This document shows, piece after piece, positions 25,277 to 34,624 of a DNA stretch of 64,000 nucleotides. The notes under the pieces were generated by a model. It ran no database searches, had not been told where the DNA came from, and saw only the letters and a program-made list of their open reading frames with translations. The stretch is from NCBI GenBank assembly GCA_965249725.1, contig CBDFMQ010000002.1, positions 192,001-256,000 on the forward strand, written 5' to 3'. This stretch comes from Longimicrobiales bacterium. GTDB lineage: Bacteria > Gemmatimonadota > Gemmatimonadetes > Longimicrobiales > Gaopeijiaceae. Within the stretch, counting starts at the first letter, position 1. The number at the start of each line of letters is the position of its first letter. A program made the position numbers and the translations under genes.

Positions 25277-25759
25277 TCACAGCCACTCGATGACCCAGGT
25301 GAACTTGAACGACCCGTTCGTCCAGGCGTTCGGGCCCAGGGCGTCCACGACGGCGGCCCCGAATTCGGGATCCGAGCCCGTCTCGACGGTCACGGCGATG
25401 AAATAGGGACTGTGCGTGGTCCAGTTGTCGTAGTTGAGCGTGTAGTTCTCTTTGGCAAAGCTGTAGTCGTCGGGAAGGTAGGGGGCGAGGCCAGTAGGCA
25501 TCGCTCCTACTGAGGCGTCAGGCGGCCATTGGCTGTTGTCGGCCAAATAGCTGACCACGGCTATGCGCAGGACCTCGAGGTCGGCGACCGCGTCGACGGC
25601 CTTGGCCTTCACGAGCGCCCTCTTGAAGTTCGGTATGGCCAGGGCGGTGAGGATCGAGATGATCGCCGCCACGACCGCCAACTCCACCAGGGTGAAGCCG
25701 CGACGGTCTCCAGGTCCCAGAATCGTCCGTAGCGTCCTCTTCGTGAGCCGCGTGGTCAT
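25277..25759 (-). CDS. Type IV pilin/pseudopilin-like protein
   Basis: Class III signal RRG|FTLVELAVVAAIISILTALAIPNF. Confidence 0.85.
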   Translation of the reverse strand: MTTRLTKRTLRTILGPGDRRGFTLVELAVVAAIISILTALAIPNFKRALVKAKAVDAVADLEVLRIAVVSYLADNSQWPPDASVGAMPTGLAPYLPDDYSFAKENYTLNYDNWTTHSPYFIAVTVETGSDPEFGAAVVDALGPNAWTNGSFKFTWVIEWL

Positions 25760-26268
25760 GGCGAGGCGCCTTCCAGAACGATCTGAGCGCTGCCCACGAG
25801 GTCCCGGAGAGACTGGTCGGAGGAATAGACGACGACCTGCTCACCTCGTACGGCGGTGATCTGGAATCCGCCGCCGCCCGCGGAGACATACTCGAGACGG
25901 TCTACTCCAACCGGGTCGGGTACCGCCTCCTCCACGTTGGTCGGCAGTCTTCCCGTCTTTTCCTGGAAGTTCAGGATCTGGACGGCAACCATGTAGACGT
26001 CCATGCGCAGGGCAGACTCCTGCACGACGGGTGGAGGTGGCGCGAACGGTCGCGGCTGTAACGAAGCGGGGGGGGAGACCCAGAGCCAGGCTGAGACCAG
26101 AATGAGCACGACTGCGGCAACGGCTGGCCCCTTGCTCGGTCCCTTGGCTTGAAGTTGGCGTTTACCCTGTCGCTCTTTACGCTCGACCTGGTCGTCGAGA
26201 ACAGCCTTGAGGGCGTCGGCCGACTCGGCTCCAGAGGAGCCGCGGCGCGGGGGGGGCTGGGCACTCAT
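25756..26268 (-). CDS. Hypothetical single-TM protein
   Basis: One hydrophobic helix; stop overlaps the pilin start. Confidence 0.6.
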   Translation of the reverse strand: MSAQPPPRRGSSGAESADALKAVLDDQVERKERQGKRQLQAKGPSKGPAVAAVVLILVSAWLWVSPPASLQPRPFAPPPPVVQESALRMDVYMVAVQILNFQEKTGRLPTNVEEAVPDPVGVDRLEYVSAGGGGFQITAVRGEQVVVYSSDQSLRDLVGSAQIVLEGASP

Positions 26269-26281
26269 TGGAGATCGCTAC

Positions 26282-26869
26282 TCAACTCTTGAGCGCTCCG
26301 ATCACTTCGGACACGGACCGCTGCCAACGCACCAAGTAGGCCTCGAAGCCGTCTGCGAACCGCTGAACATCGGAGTTGGCTTCCTCGGAGAGCGACGTGA
26401 TCCGGTGCTGTACCTGGACGATCGTACTGCCATCGTCCTGCCCGATCAGGTGCATGTCGAACTCCCACGTCTCCATGTCCGGCACATAAACCACGTACTT
26501 GATGCGGTTTGGTGGATCGGATTCCACCACCGTCCAGATCTGTTGGATCCCGGCCCGCTTGTGTGTCTGGCGCAGCACGGCGCCCGGCCGACCCTCGCCG
26601 GAGGCCGGATAGAGCAGCTCTACGTCCCAGGAGGGTGCCCGGAGGCTCTTACCCGCGGGCTCAAGGGCCGGGAATACCTCGGACGGGCTCGCTTGAAATT
26701 CGACCGATCCCGTGCGTTCGATGTGTGTGGGATCGAACGAGCGTTGTGCAGATGCAGCCATCGGAGTGATCCCCATTCCGAGAACGATCGGCAGTCCGAA
26801 GAAGAGTACCGACGAAGCGGCAACGGCCTCGCTTCGTTGGGTCTGAACGGCCCCGCGCGCCTCCGTCAC
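26282..26869 (-). CDS. Secreted SRPBCC-like hypothetical protein
   Basis: ASPSEVFPALEP pattern; operonic position; start uncertain. Confidence 0.5.
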   Translation of the reverse strand: MTEARGAVQTQRSEAVAASSVLFFGLPIVLGMGITPMAASAQRSFDPTHIERTGSVEFQASPSEVFPALEPAGKSLRAPSWDVELLYPASGEGRPGAVLRQTHKRAGIQQIWTVVESDPPNRIKYVVYVPDMETWEFDMHLIGQDDGSTIVQVQHRITSLSEEANSDVQRFADGFEAYLVRWQRSVSEVIGALKS

Positions 26870-27754
26870 CTAGGGTCCGCCCGGGGGGCTCGACGGGGGA
26901 TCGACGTTGGCTTCGAGTCGGGTCACGATGATCTCCATCGGTGCTCCGCCGAGCATGTCCTTCAGGCGCTCGATCTGCGGTCTGATCATCCGTTCCATCA
27001 TGCCGCGTTGGGCCTCCGGCATGTCGGCGAGCCGTGTCTCCATCTCCTCCAACTGCTGCTCCAGTTCGGTGGGATCCATCCCGTCCGGCGCCATGGAGGT
27101 CAGTCCCTGCCATGAAATCGATGTGCGGAACGGGTGGAGGTAGCCATCCACCTCACGGTAGTCGTCCATCGTAGAAGCCATCGTCACGACCCGCGCTTCT
27201 CCGTCGTCCGTCGTGGCATCCAACTCCATCTCCATCCGGACCATCACCAAATCGGACTGATCGACATAGAAGACGGCGCTACGCGGAGTCATCGGGGCGT
27301 CCTGTCCCGGTGGAGCCCCCATATCGATGCCCGTAAAGTCGTCGATGGCCAGACGATAGGCGGGCCGCCCGTTGACCTCCTCGGTGCCGTCGACGCGGAA
27401 GCGATCCGCCCACTGCCTGTGCACACGGGCGGATCCGGACCACGCGTCTGGCCCCTCAGTGCCCTCGATGGGCATGGTCATCCCACCCACGACCGTCATA
27501 CGGGGCGTCAGCATCGGCTCACCATCGACCACCTCTTTCACCATGTAGAGCGTGGTGGCGACACCCATCGTTTCCTGCTCGATGAGGAGGTTCTCGATGC
27601 CCGAAAGTCCTTGCCGTTGCTGCTCGACCATCTGGTCGAAGATGTCCGCGGCCGACTGAGCGGCCGCGGGAGTGGCGACCGCGGTGGCCACCGCGGTCGT
27701 GACGACGCCGGAGAACAAGGCCGTCAGGACAAGGCGAGGAAGGCTGATTCTCAT
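26870..27754 (-). CDS. Hypothetical secreted protein (lipoprotein-sorting-like fold possible)
   Basis: Signal peptide AAA-Q; GTEEVNGRPAYRL, DYREVDGYLHP. Confidence 0.6.
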   Translation of the reverse strand: MRISLPRLVLTALFSGVVTTAVATAVATPAAAQSAADIFDQMVEQQRQGLSGIENLLIEQETMGVATTLYMVKEVVDGEPMLTPRMTVVGGMTMPIEGTEGPDAWSGSARVHRQWADRFRVDGTEEVNGRPAYRLAIDDFTGIDMGAPPGQDAPMTPRSAVFYVDQSDLVMVRMEMELDATTDDGEARVVTMASTMDDYREVDGYLHPFRTSISWQGLTSMAPDGMDPTELEQQLEEMETRLADMPEAQRGMMERMIRPQIERLKDMLGGAPMEIIVTRLEANVDPPSSPPGGP

Positions 27755-27971
27755 GGTCCCCTCCACAAGGGCGAATGCGCTGAGCGACCGACCCCCGCGT
27801 CGCCCGCCGATGCCTCCAAGTTAGCCTCCCCAAGCGGGCTTTGCTTGTAGAAGATGTTCACCCGATCCGTTGCTCGGCGGCGAAGTCAGGCAGTAGAATG
27901 CTTCTTGATGTCCGCTGACGGCCAACCCTACGATTCATATCCCGCCCGACCGAATCCAATCGAGGTTTCCA

Positions 27972-29309
27972 ATGAAAACGCACCACGCCCTAGTCCTTGC
28001 GCTTGCGGTGTTGGGCGCAGCACTCATACCGACTCGTGCGGTGCTCGCTCAGATCAACGAAGAGGAGCGCGGGAGTGACAACATCACGGTTCTGGCCCAC
28101 CTGCCCCTCGGGGAATTCCGCACCATCTCCGACGTGGAGGTCGAGCAGGACATGTCCAGGCCGTACGCCTATGTCGGTCGGCAGCTGGCGAGCGGTAGGC
28201 CACCGGAAACTCTGGTCGCGCGCGGCATGGACGTGGTCGACATCAGCGACGTCGAGAACCCGAAGGTCTTGCATCGGTGGCGGATCGAGAACCCCGACCT
28301 GCATGTGGGTGGCGGCGGTAAGGACATCAAGATCTTCAGCTGGAAGGATCGACATTACGCGGTCCTGGCGTTCCAGTTCCGGCAGGGGGGGCCGGATGCG
28401 GATCTGGGAGCCATCATCTTCGACGTCACCGATCTTCCAGAGAAGATCGAGGAGGTGGCCCGGATCCAGGGCCCCGGCGAGCTTGGCGGCTTCCACAACA
28501 TCTACGTCTACAAGCACTCCAACGGTCGGGTGCTGCTCTTCAGCACGGTTTCCGCTCCTCATGCCAACATCTACGACCTCGGGTATGTGGTCGAGGGGCG
28601 CGTCGATGAGGCGTTGGTGGCCAACGTCCCGGTTCCGGCGGAGGGTGGCAGGGGCTACCACGACTTCTACACAGGCTACCACCCCGATAGTGAGCAGGAC
28701 CGGTTCTACGGGGGTGGCACGGGCGGATACTACGTGTACAACGTCACCGATCTGGAGAACCCGGAGTTGCTGGTGAGCCTGACAGGGATCAACGGGGTGC
28801 GGAACGGGCACACCTTCACGCCTTCTCCCGACGGCCGCTATGTCGTAGCTGAGACGGAGTACCAGTATGCCCCCATCCGCATGTTCGATATCAAACCTGG
28901 TCTGGACGGTGAGGTGACGAACATCCGCCAACCGATCTCGGCTTGGACCGCCAACTGGCAGAATCTGGTCCACAACCACGAGGTGCGGTGGCCTCTCGTG
29001 TTCGTGTCCGGATACCGGGACGGCCTACAGATCTTCAGCCTCCAAGACCCCAAGAAGCCGAGGACCGTGGGTCATTACGACACGAACATCGGGCTCGAAG
29101 AAGGGGTCAACATCACGCACGGCGCGTGGGGTGTGGATGTCCGAAATGGCGACGGCCTGATCCTGATCTCCGACATGGAGACGGGCCTGTGGCTCTTCCA
29201 CATGGAGGGGTTCAACGGCTGGAACGGGTTGGACTACGGGCAGCCGAACATCTCTAGCGAGCAGGATTTCGTAAACGGGCCTGCAGTGCAGGCGGTGACG
29301 AGGAACTGA
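27972..29309 (+). CDS. Secreted LVIVD-like beta-propeller protein (paralog 2)
   Basis: Long identical peptide blocks with 4752..6101 (e.g. GYHPDSEQDRFYGGGTGGYYVYN). Confidence 0.85.
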   Translation: MKTHHALVLALAVLGAALIPTRAVLAQINEEERGSDNITVLAHLPLGEFRTISDVEVEQDMSRPYAYVGRQLASGRPPETLVARGMDVVDISDVENPKVLHRWRIENPDLHVGGGGKDIKIFSWKDRHYAVLAFQFRQGGPDADLGAIIFDVTDLPEKIEEVARIQGPGELGGFHNIYVYKHSNGRVLLFSTVSAPHANIYDLGYVVEGRVDEALVANVPVPAEGGRGYHDFYTGYHPDSEQDRFYGGGTGGYYVYNVTDLENPELLVSLTGINGVRNGHTFTPSPDGRYVVAETEYQYAPIRMFDIKPGLDGEVTNIRQPISAWTANWQNLVHNHEVRWPLVFVSGYRDGLQIFSLQDPKKPRTVGHYDTNIGLEEGVNITHGAWGVDVRNGDGLILISDMETGLWLFHMEGFNGWNGLDYGQPNISSEQDFVNGPAVQAVTRN

Positions 29310-29436
29310 CTTGGGAAGGTGGCGCCGTTGCCCTTCTTCGTGGTGGCGGCCTAAAATACGATCTGCGGTAAGCGGTGGGCCGGGTCGAACGATTGGGCGC
29401 ATGACCGCGGAGTATCGAATCAAACGAGGTGGGAAC

Positions 29437-30756
29437 ATGAGAATGAATCGTACCGTAACGCTTGCGGCCCTTGCCGGGATGGTGTTCTTCGCCAGCAGCA
29501 CTGCGCTGTCGGCGCAGGACGACTCCGAAGAGCGTGGCAGCAGCAACATCGAAGTGGTCGCGCATATTCCGCTCGGCGTAGAGGTGTCGGACATCGAAGT
29601 CGAGCAGAACATGGACCGTCCGTACGTCTACGTCGCGCGGCAGCACCGCGGGCTGGACATTATCGACATCGCTGACCCTTACGACCCTGAGGTCATTCTC
29701 CGGTGGAGCTTCGACGACGCGGATGTGCACGTCGGATCCGCAGGAAAAGACATCAAGATCTTCGAGTACAACGGGCGGAACTACGTGGTGCACTCGGTCC
29801 AGTTCCGTCAGGGTGGCCCTGACGCCGACCTGGGTGCCGTCGTGTTCGACGCCACGGACCTCCCCGACGTCTCGACGTTCAATGAAGTCGGTCGCATCCA
29901 GGGCCCCGGAGAGCTCGGTGGATTCCACAACATCTACGTCTACCGGCACAGCAACGGCCGCCCGCTCCTGTTCGCCACCGTTTCCGGACCGTACGCCAAC
30001 GTGTACGACCTGGGCTATGTAGTGGACGGACGTGTGGACGAGGCTCTGGTCGCACAGGTTCCGGTGCCCGAGTCGCAGGCCGTAGCGGGATCGCGCGGAT
30101 ACCACGACTTCTACACCGGCTTCGACGCCGACAGCGAGCAGGATCGCTTCTATGGCGGCGGCACCGGTGGGTACTACGTCTACAACGTCACCGATCTCGA
30201 GAACCCCGAGCTGCTCGTCAGCCTCACGGGGATCAACGGGGTAACGCGTGGACACACGTTCACGCCCTCGCCGGACGGCCGCTACGTGGTCGCCGAGACC
30301 GAGTACCAGTACGCGCCGCTTCGCATCTTCGACCTGAAGCCGGGCCTGGACGGTGAAGTGACCAACATCCGCTCGCCGATCTCCGCTTGGACGGCCGACT
30401 GGGAGCACCTGTCTCACAACCACGAGGTGCGCTGGCCTTATGTGTTCGTTTCGGCCTATCTGGACGGTCTGCAGGTCTTCACGCTGTCCGATCCTGCGCA
30501 TCCAAAGACGATTGCCCACTACGACACGTATCTCGAGACCGCTGAGGACGAGATGGGTGCCATGAACGGCTCGTGGGGCGTCGATGTCCGCAATGAGGAC
30601 GGTCTCATTGTCATGTCCGACATCCAGACAGGCTTCTGGGCGTTCAAGATGGAAGGCTTCGCCGGTTGGAACGGGCTCGATTGGGGCGTGCCGAACATCT
30701 CCAGTGTGCAGGATTGGGAGAACGGGCCTGCCGTACAGGCGCGGACTCGCAACTAG
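29437..30756 (+). CDS. Secreted LVIVD-like beta-propeller protein (paralog 3)
   Basis: Same motifs; GAGGT RBS before ATG 29437. Confidence 0.85.
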   Translation: MRMNRTVTLAALAGMVFFASSTALSAQDDSEERGSSNIEVVAHIPLGVEVSDIEVEQNMDRPYVYVARQHRGLDIIDIADPYDPEVILRWSFDDADVHVGSAGKDIKIFEYNGRNYVVHSVQFRQGGPDADLGAVVFDATDLPDVSTFNEVGRIQGPGELGGFHNIYVYRHSNGRPLLFATVSGPYANVYDLGYVVDGRVDEALVAQVPVPESQAVAGSRGYHDFYTGFDADSEQDRFYGGGTGGYYVYNVTDLENPELLVSLTGINGVTRGHTFTPSPDGRYVVAETEYQYAPLRIFDLKPGLDGEVTNIRSPISAWTADWEHLSHNHEVRWPYVFVSAYLDGLQVFTLSDPAHPKTIAHYDTYLETAEDEMGAMNGSWGVDVRNEDGLIVMSDIQTGFWAFKMEGFAGWNGLDWGVPNISSVQDWENGPAVQARTRN

Positions 30757-30769
30757 AATTATTGGGCAG

Positions 30770-32686
30770 ATGAGAGTGCGGGCTTCCGCGCTTTCGCTCT
30801 TCGGCCTCGTCGCCTTGGTCGCTTGTGACCCGGGCGGCGAGGCCGTGTCGTTGTCGCCGGAGTTCTGGCCTGCGGGGGAGTTGGAGACCTACCTCGAACT
30901 CGGGAGCGTCCGTCAGCTGAGCCCTCCCGGAGTCCAGGCCGAGAACATCATGGTGGCGGGGATTACCACGGCCACGTCGGTCCGCGCCGGCTATGAGGCG
31001 TTACTACAGGGTGGATCTGCGGTGGACGCGGTCATGACGACTGCACTCACGGAGATCGCCCTGACCACTGGTGGCCCGGTCACGTTGGCCGGCGAGATGG
31101 TGATGGTGTACTTCGAGGCCGCCACTGGTGGTGTCCACTCGATGAGCGCCACGTACAACGCGGTCCTGGAGGAAAACGACCCGCTCACGATACCGCCTCA
31201 GGGGACGCCCAGCGGCCGGGCGACGTTGGTGCCGGGTGTCGCGGCCGGAATCGGTGCGGCGCACGAGCGCTTCGGGGTGCTCCCGTGGGCTGTGCTGTTC
31301 GAGCCGGCCATCTACTTCGCCGAGCACGGATTCGAGGTGAGCCCCACCAGGGCGGCGTACTTCGACGCGCGAGGTCACGTGCTCGCGCGGTATCCGGAGG
31401 GGCGGGACATCTTTCTGAAGGACGACGGCACGCCTTATGTGGAGGGTGATTGGATCACCCAGCCGGCCATGGCCCAGACGCTCAAGAACATGGCCGAGCA
31501 AGGCACGGACTATATCTACCGAGGTGAGTGGGGCGAGAAGCTCGTCGAGGCGGTGCAAGGAATCGACGGTCGCCTGACCATGGAGGACATGGATTCGTAC
31601 GAAGTCCTTTGGTCCGAGCCGGTGCATGCCACGTTTCGCGACTTCGACCTGTATGGATCGGCGTTGCCCAGCTACGGTGGGATCCACACCGCCGAGGCCT
31701 TCAACCTGTTCGAACTCGCGGACCTGCCGTCTCGAGGCCATCCGACCACGAGCCCTGAGTCGCTCTATTGGTTGTTGCAGATAGCCACCCTGCCCGAGCT
31801 CCTGAGTCCACCGTTGGCGGGAACCTTCCTCCCTGATGGACTCGTGGACCGCTACCTGCCCGGCGTGGATGTCTCGCCGGAGGGGAGGACCAGCAAGGCC
31901 ACCGCCTCCGAGCTGTGGGAGGCCATGCAGACGGATACATGGGTCGACGTGCACCAGGCGGTCGCCGAGGCGAGGGAAGCCGACGCCGCTGTCATCGAGA
32001 GTCTGACCGACGGGTTTGGTCGGCGGCGATCATCGGATGACGAAGACGATGAGGACGAGGCGGGCAACACGGACCCCGGGAACGACGACGGTGACGCCGA
32101 CCTCGAGGACGAAGAGGGTCGCCACACGGCCGGCATCATCGCCGTGGACGAGGCGGGCAACATGGCCGTAGTGCTTCACTCCATCAACAGCTCGATCTAC
32201 GGAGAAACGGGACTCTTCGTCGGCGGAATCACGATCCCCGATGCCGCGGCCTTCCAGCAGGATCTCGTTATGCGCGTCGGGCCTGGACAACGGGTTCCGG
32301 AGTGGGATACACCGACCATCGTGCTGAAGGATGGCCGGCCCTATCTAGGCAGTACGACCATCGGGGGAGGGTACCACGAGGTGAACATCCAGAACCTCAT
32401 GAACGTGCTCGCCTTCGACATGGAGCCCGCCGAGGCGGCCGTCCAGCCCCGCATTCGAAAGAAGTGGCCCACGTTCGATCCGCTGCGTCAGCCCTACGGC
32501 GCCCCGGGAGAGTACTCGCTGGAGATTCTGGAGGCCGTGCGTGATATGGGCATGGATATCGTGCCCACACCGGCCGGTAACCCGGCCTCATTCGGCGGCG
32601 CGTGGGTGGGTGTGCGGATCGATCCGGAGACCGGTGTTCTGCAGGGAGCGCGGACGGGCGGCACGGGTGCTATCGTAGGGAACTAG
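30770..32686 (+). CDS. Gamma-glutamyltransferase family (Ntn hydrolase) lipoprotein
   Basis: GGSAVDA, VPGVAAG...HERFGVLPW, H|TAGIIAVDEAGN autoprocessing site; lipobox LVA-C. Confidence 0.85.
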   Translation: MRVRASALSLFGLVALVACDPGGEAVSLSPEFWPAGELETYLELGSVRQLSPPGVQAENIMVAGITTATSVRAGYEALLQGGSAVDAVMTTALTEIALTTGGPVTLAGEMVMVYFEAATGGVHSMSATYNAVLEENDPLTIPPQGTPSGRATLVPGVAAGIGAAHERFGVLPWAVLFEPAIYFAEHGFEVSPTRAAYFDARGHVLARYPEGRDIFLKDDGTPYVEGDWITQPAMAQTLKNMAEQGTDYIYRGEWGEKLVEAVQGIDGRLTMEDMDSYEVLWSEPVHATFRDFDLYGSALPSYGGIHTAEAFNLFELADLPSRGHPTTSPESLYWLLQIATLPELLSPPLAGTFLPDGLVDRYLPGVDVSPEGRTSKATASELWEAMQTDTWVDVHQAVAEAREADAAVIESLTDGFGRRRSSDDEDDEDEAGNTDPGNDDGDADLEDEEGRHTAGIIAVDEAGNMAVVLHSINSSIYGETGLFVGGITIPDAAAFQQDLVMRVGPGQRVPEWDTPTIVLKDGRPYLGSTTIGGGYHEVNIQNLMNVLAFDMEPAEAAVQPRIRKKWPTFDPLRQPYGAPGEYSLEILEAVRDMGMDIVPTPAGNPASFGGAWVGVRIDPETGVLQGARTGGTGAIVGN

Positions 32687-32728
32687 CCGGCGCGCTGGAT
32701 CCGCGAACTCGCGTGACCCAGTTCAGTC

Positions 32729-33379
32729 CTAGTCGCCGAGCAGTGCTAACAGCGAGGCACGGGCTTCGGGCACGTCGAAGTCATACGGGCCTTGGCCCCC
32801 CCGGTAGTGGATTCGACCCTCGTGTAGGATGTACATCCTCTCGGGCCACGCCGAAAACGCCTCGCACGCCGCATCGTCCATGCCGTCTACCAGGGTCGGG
32901 ATGGTCAGGTCGAGCCGTTCGGCGCATAGCTGGGCGGTCTCCCATCGCTCCCGGAACGCCTTGTGCTGTTCGATCCGGATTCCTGCCGCCTCGTTCGAGT
33001 CCGTCTGCCAACCGTCTACGGCGTGAGCCTCTGCGATGTAGACGATGAAGCAGCGCGCGCGATCACTCAGCACCTCATAGAGGCTCTGCAAGGCGCCAGC
33101 CTGGCGCCGGAACGGTGGTCACGTGTAGCTCCCGAAGATGAGCATCACTGGCCGGTCGTATTCGGCAGCGATGTCCACGGTGTCAGAGCCGGCGGAGTCC
33201 TGATCCGTCAGGACGGTCAGCTCGAGCTCCGGCACGGGGTCACCGACCTCGAGGCGATCGGGCCGACGGTACGCCACCAACGTGCACCGGATGGTCTCCC
33301 GCCTCGCCCCGTCGGCCGCCTCGGTGAGGGACGACTCGTCCCTTTGGTCCACGAGTTCTCGGTCTGCCGGTTCGTTCAT
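32729..33379 (-). CDS. Iodothyronine-deiodinase-like thioredoxin-fold protein, probable selenoprotein (UGA at 33119-33121)
   Basis: PVMLIFGSYT-UGA-PPFRRQ in frame with YIAEAHAVDGW, VDGMDD and AWPERMY, all deiodinase-family motifs. Confidence 0.9.
33092..33108 (-). promoter_or_regulatory. SECIS-like hairpin
   Basis: GGCGCCA-GGC-UGGCGCC starting 11 nt after the UGA. Confidence 0.65.
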
Positions 33380-33495
33380 GCTCTGCACGACGTCTGAAGG
33401 GTGTAGCCGGGTTCGGGGCACGCGCTCGCTGCTTTTCCCGCTCACGATATCGAGTACTATAGGTCCCGGGTCAACTCGTGGCACCGGAGAGAGTA

Positions 33496-34617
33496 TTGAG
33501 CGAATCGGCAACAACGGGCCTTCCCGAGGGCCGCCTGGTGTCCTTGGACGTCTTCCGAGGGCTCACGATGTTCGTGCTGATCGCCGAGAGCGCCCTCGTA
33601 TACGAGGCCCTCATGAGCGTGGCAACGCCGGGCTCGTTCCTGGAGGGGATCGTCCTCCAGTTCAATCATCATCCCTGGCACGGACTGCGCTTCTGGGACC
33701 TGGTCCAGCCCTTCTTCATGTTCATCGTGGGCGTCGCCATGGCGTTCTCGGTCAATCGGAGACGACACGCGGGTGACACATGGGGTCACACCTTTCGGCA
33801 CATCGCGGTCCGTTGTGTGATCCTCCTCGGTCTGGGAGTCTCGCTCCATATCGGGTATTCGCGGGCCATGGTTTGGGAGCTCTGGAACGTCCTCAGCCAG
33901 CTCTCGGTCACCATCATGGTGGCCTATCTCTTGTTCAATCTTCCGTTCCGCACGCAGCTAGCGATCTCGTTCGGCCTCATTCTGCTGAGCGAGATTCTGT
34001 ACCGGACCTTCCCGGTATCCGGTTTCGATCAGCCCTTCGTCCAGGGCCAGAACTTCGGTGCCTGGATGGACACTGTTCTCATGGGCAAGATCAACCCGAG
34101 TGGTTGGGTGGCGATCAACGCCCTGCCAACCTCGGCGCACACCATCTGGGGGGTGCTGGCGGGAAAGCTCTTGATGAGCGACCGTGCCGGGTCGGAAAAG
34201 CTGAAGTACCTCGTGATCGGGGGGCTGATCGGGCTGGGGGTCGAATATGGGCTGGACTGGACGGGAATCACTCCGATCATCAAGCGCATCTGCACCAGTT
34301 CGTTCGTGATTGTTTCGGGCGGATGGTGCTTGTTGACCCTGGCCCTCTTCTATTGGCTGCTGGATCTGAAGGGGCGGCGATGGGGGACGAAGCTGTTCGT
34401 CATCGTCGGAATGAATCCGATCTTCATCTACATGTTTGCAGAGACGCTGGGGGAGCAGTGGTTCAACGATTTCGTCGCGGTCTTCACGCACGGAATTCTG
34501 ACCTGGGTGGGTGCAGGAGTCGGCACCATGGAGGTGGTCACCGCCTTCGTCGTGCTCGGGCTCATGAGCTATCTGTGCCACTGGTTATACCAGCGACACA
34601 TCTTCATCAGGATCTGA
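33496..34617 (+). CDS. HGSNAT/NagX-like membrane acyltransferase
   Basis: RLVSLDVFRGLTM, HHPWHG...DLVQPFFMFIVG, PIIKRICTSSF. Confidence 0.85.
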   Translation: MSESATTGLPEGRLVSLDVFRGLTMFVLIAESALVYEALMSVATPGSFLEGIVLQFNHHPWHGLRFWDLVQPFFMFIVGVAMAFSVNRRRHAGDTWGHTFRHIAVRCVILLGLGVSLHIGYSRAMVWELWNVLSQLSVTIMVAYLLFNLPFRTQLAISFGLILLSEILYRTFPVSGFDQPFVQGQNFGAWMDTVLMGKINPSGWVAINALPTSAHTIWGVLAGKLLMSDRAGSEKLKYLVIGGLIGLGVEYGLDWTGITPIIKRICTSSFVIVSGGWCLLTLALFYWLLDLKGRRWGTKLFVIVGMNPIFIYMFAETLGEQWFNDFVAVFTHGILTWVGAGVGTMEVVTAFVVLGLMSYLCHWLYQRHIFIRI

Positions 34618-34624
34618 CCCACCC

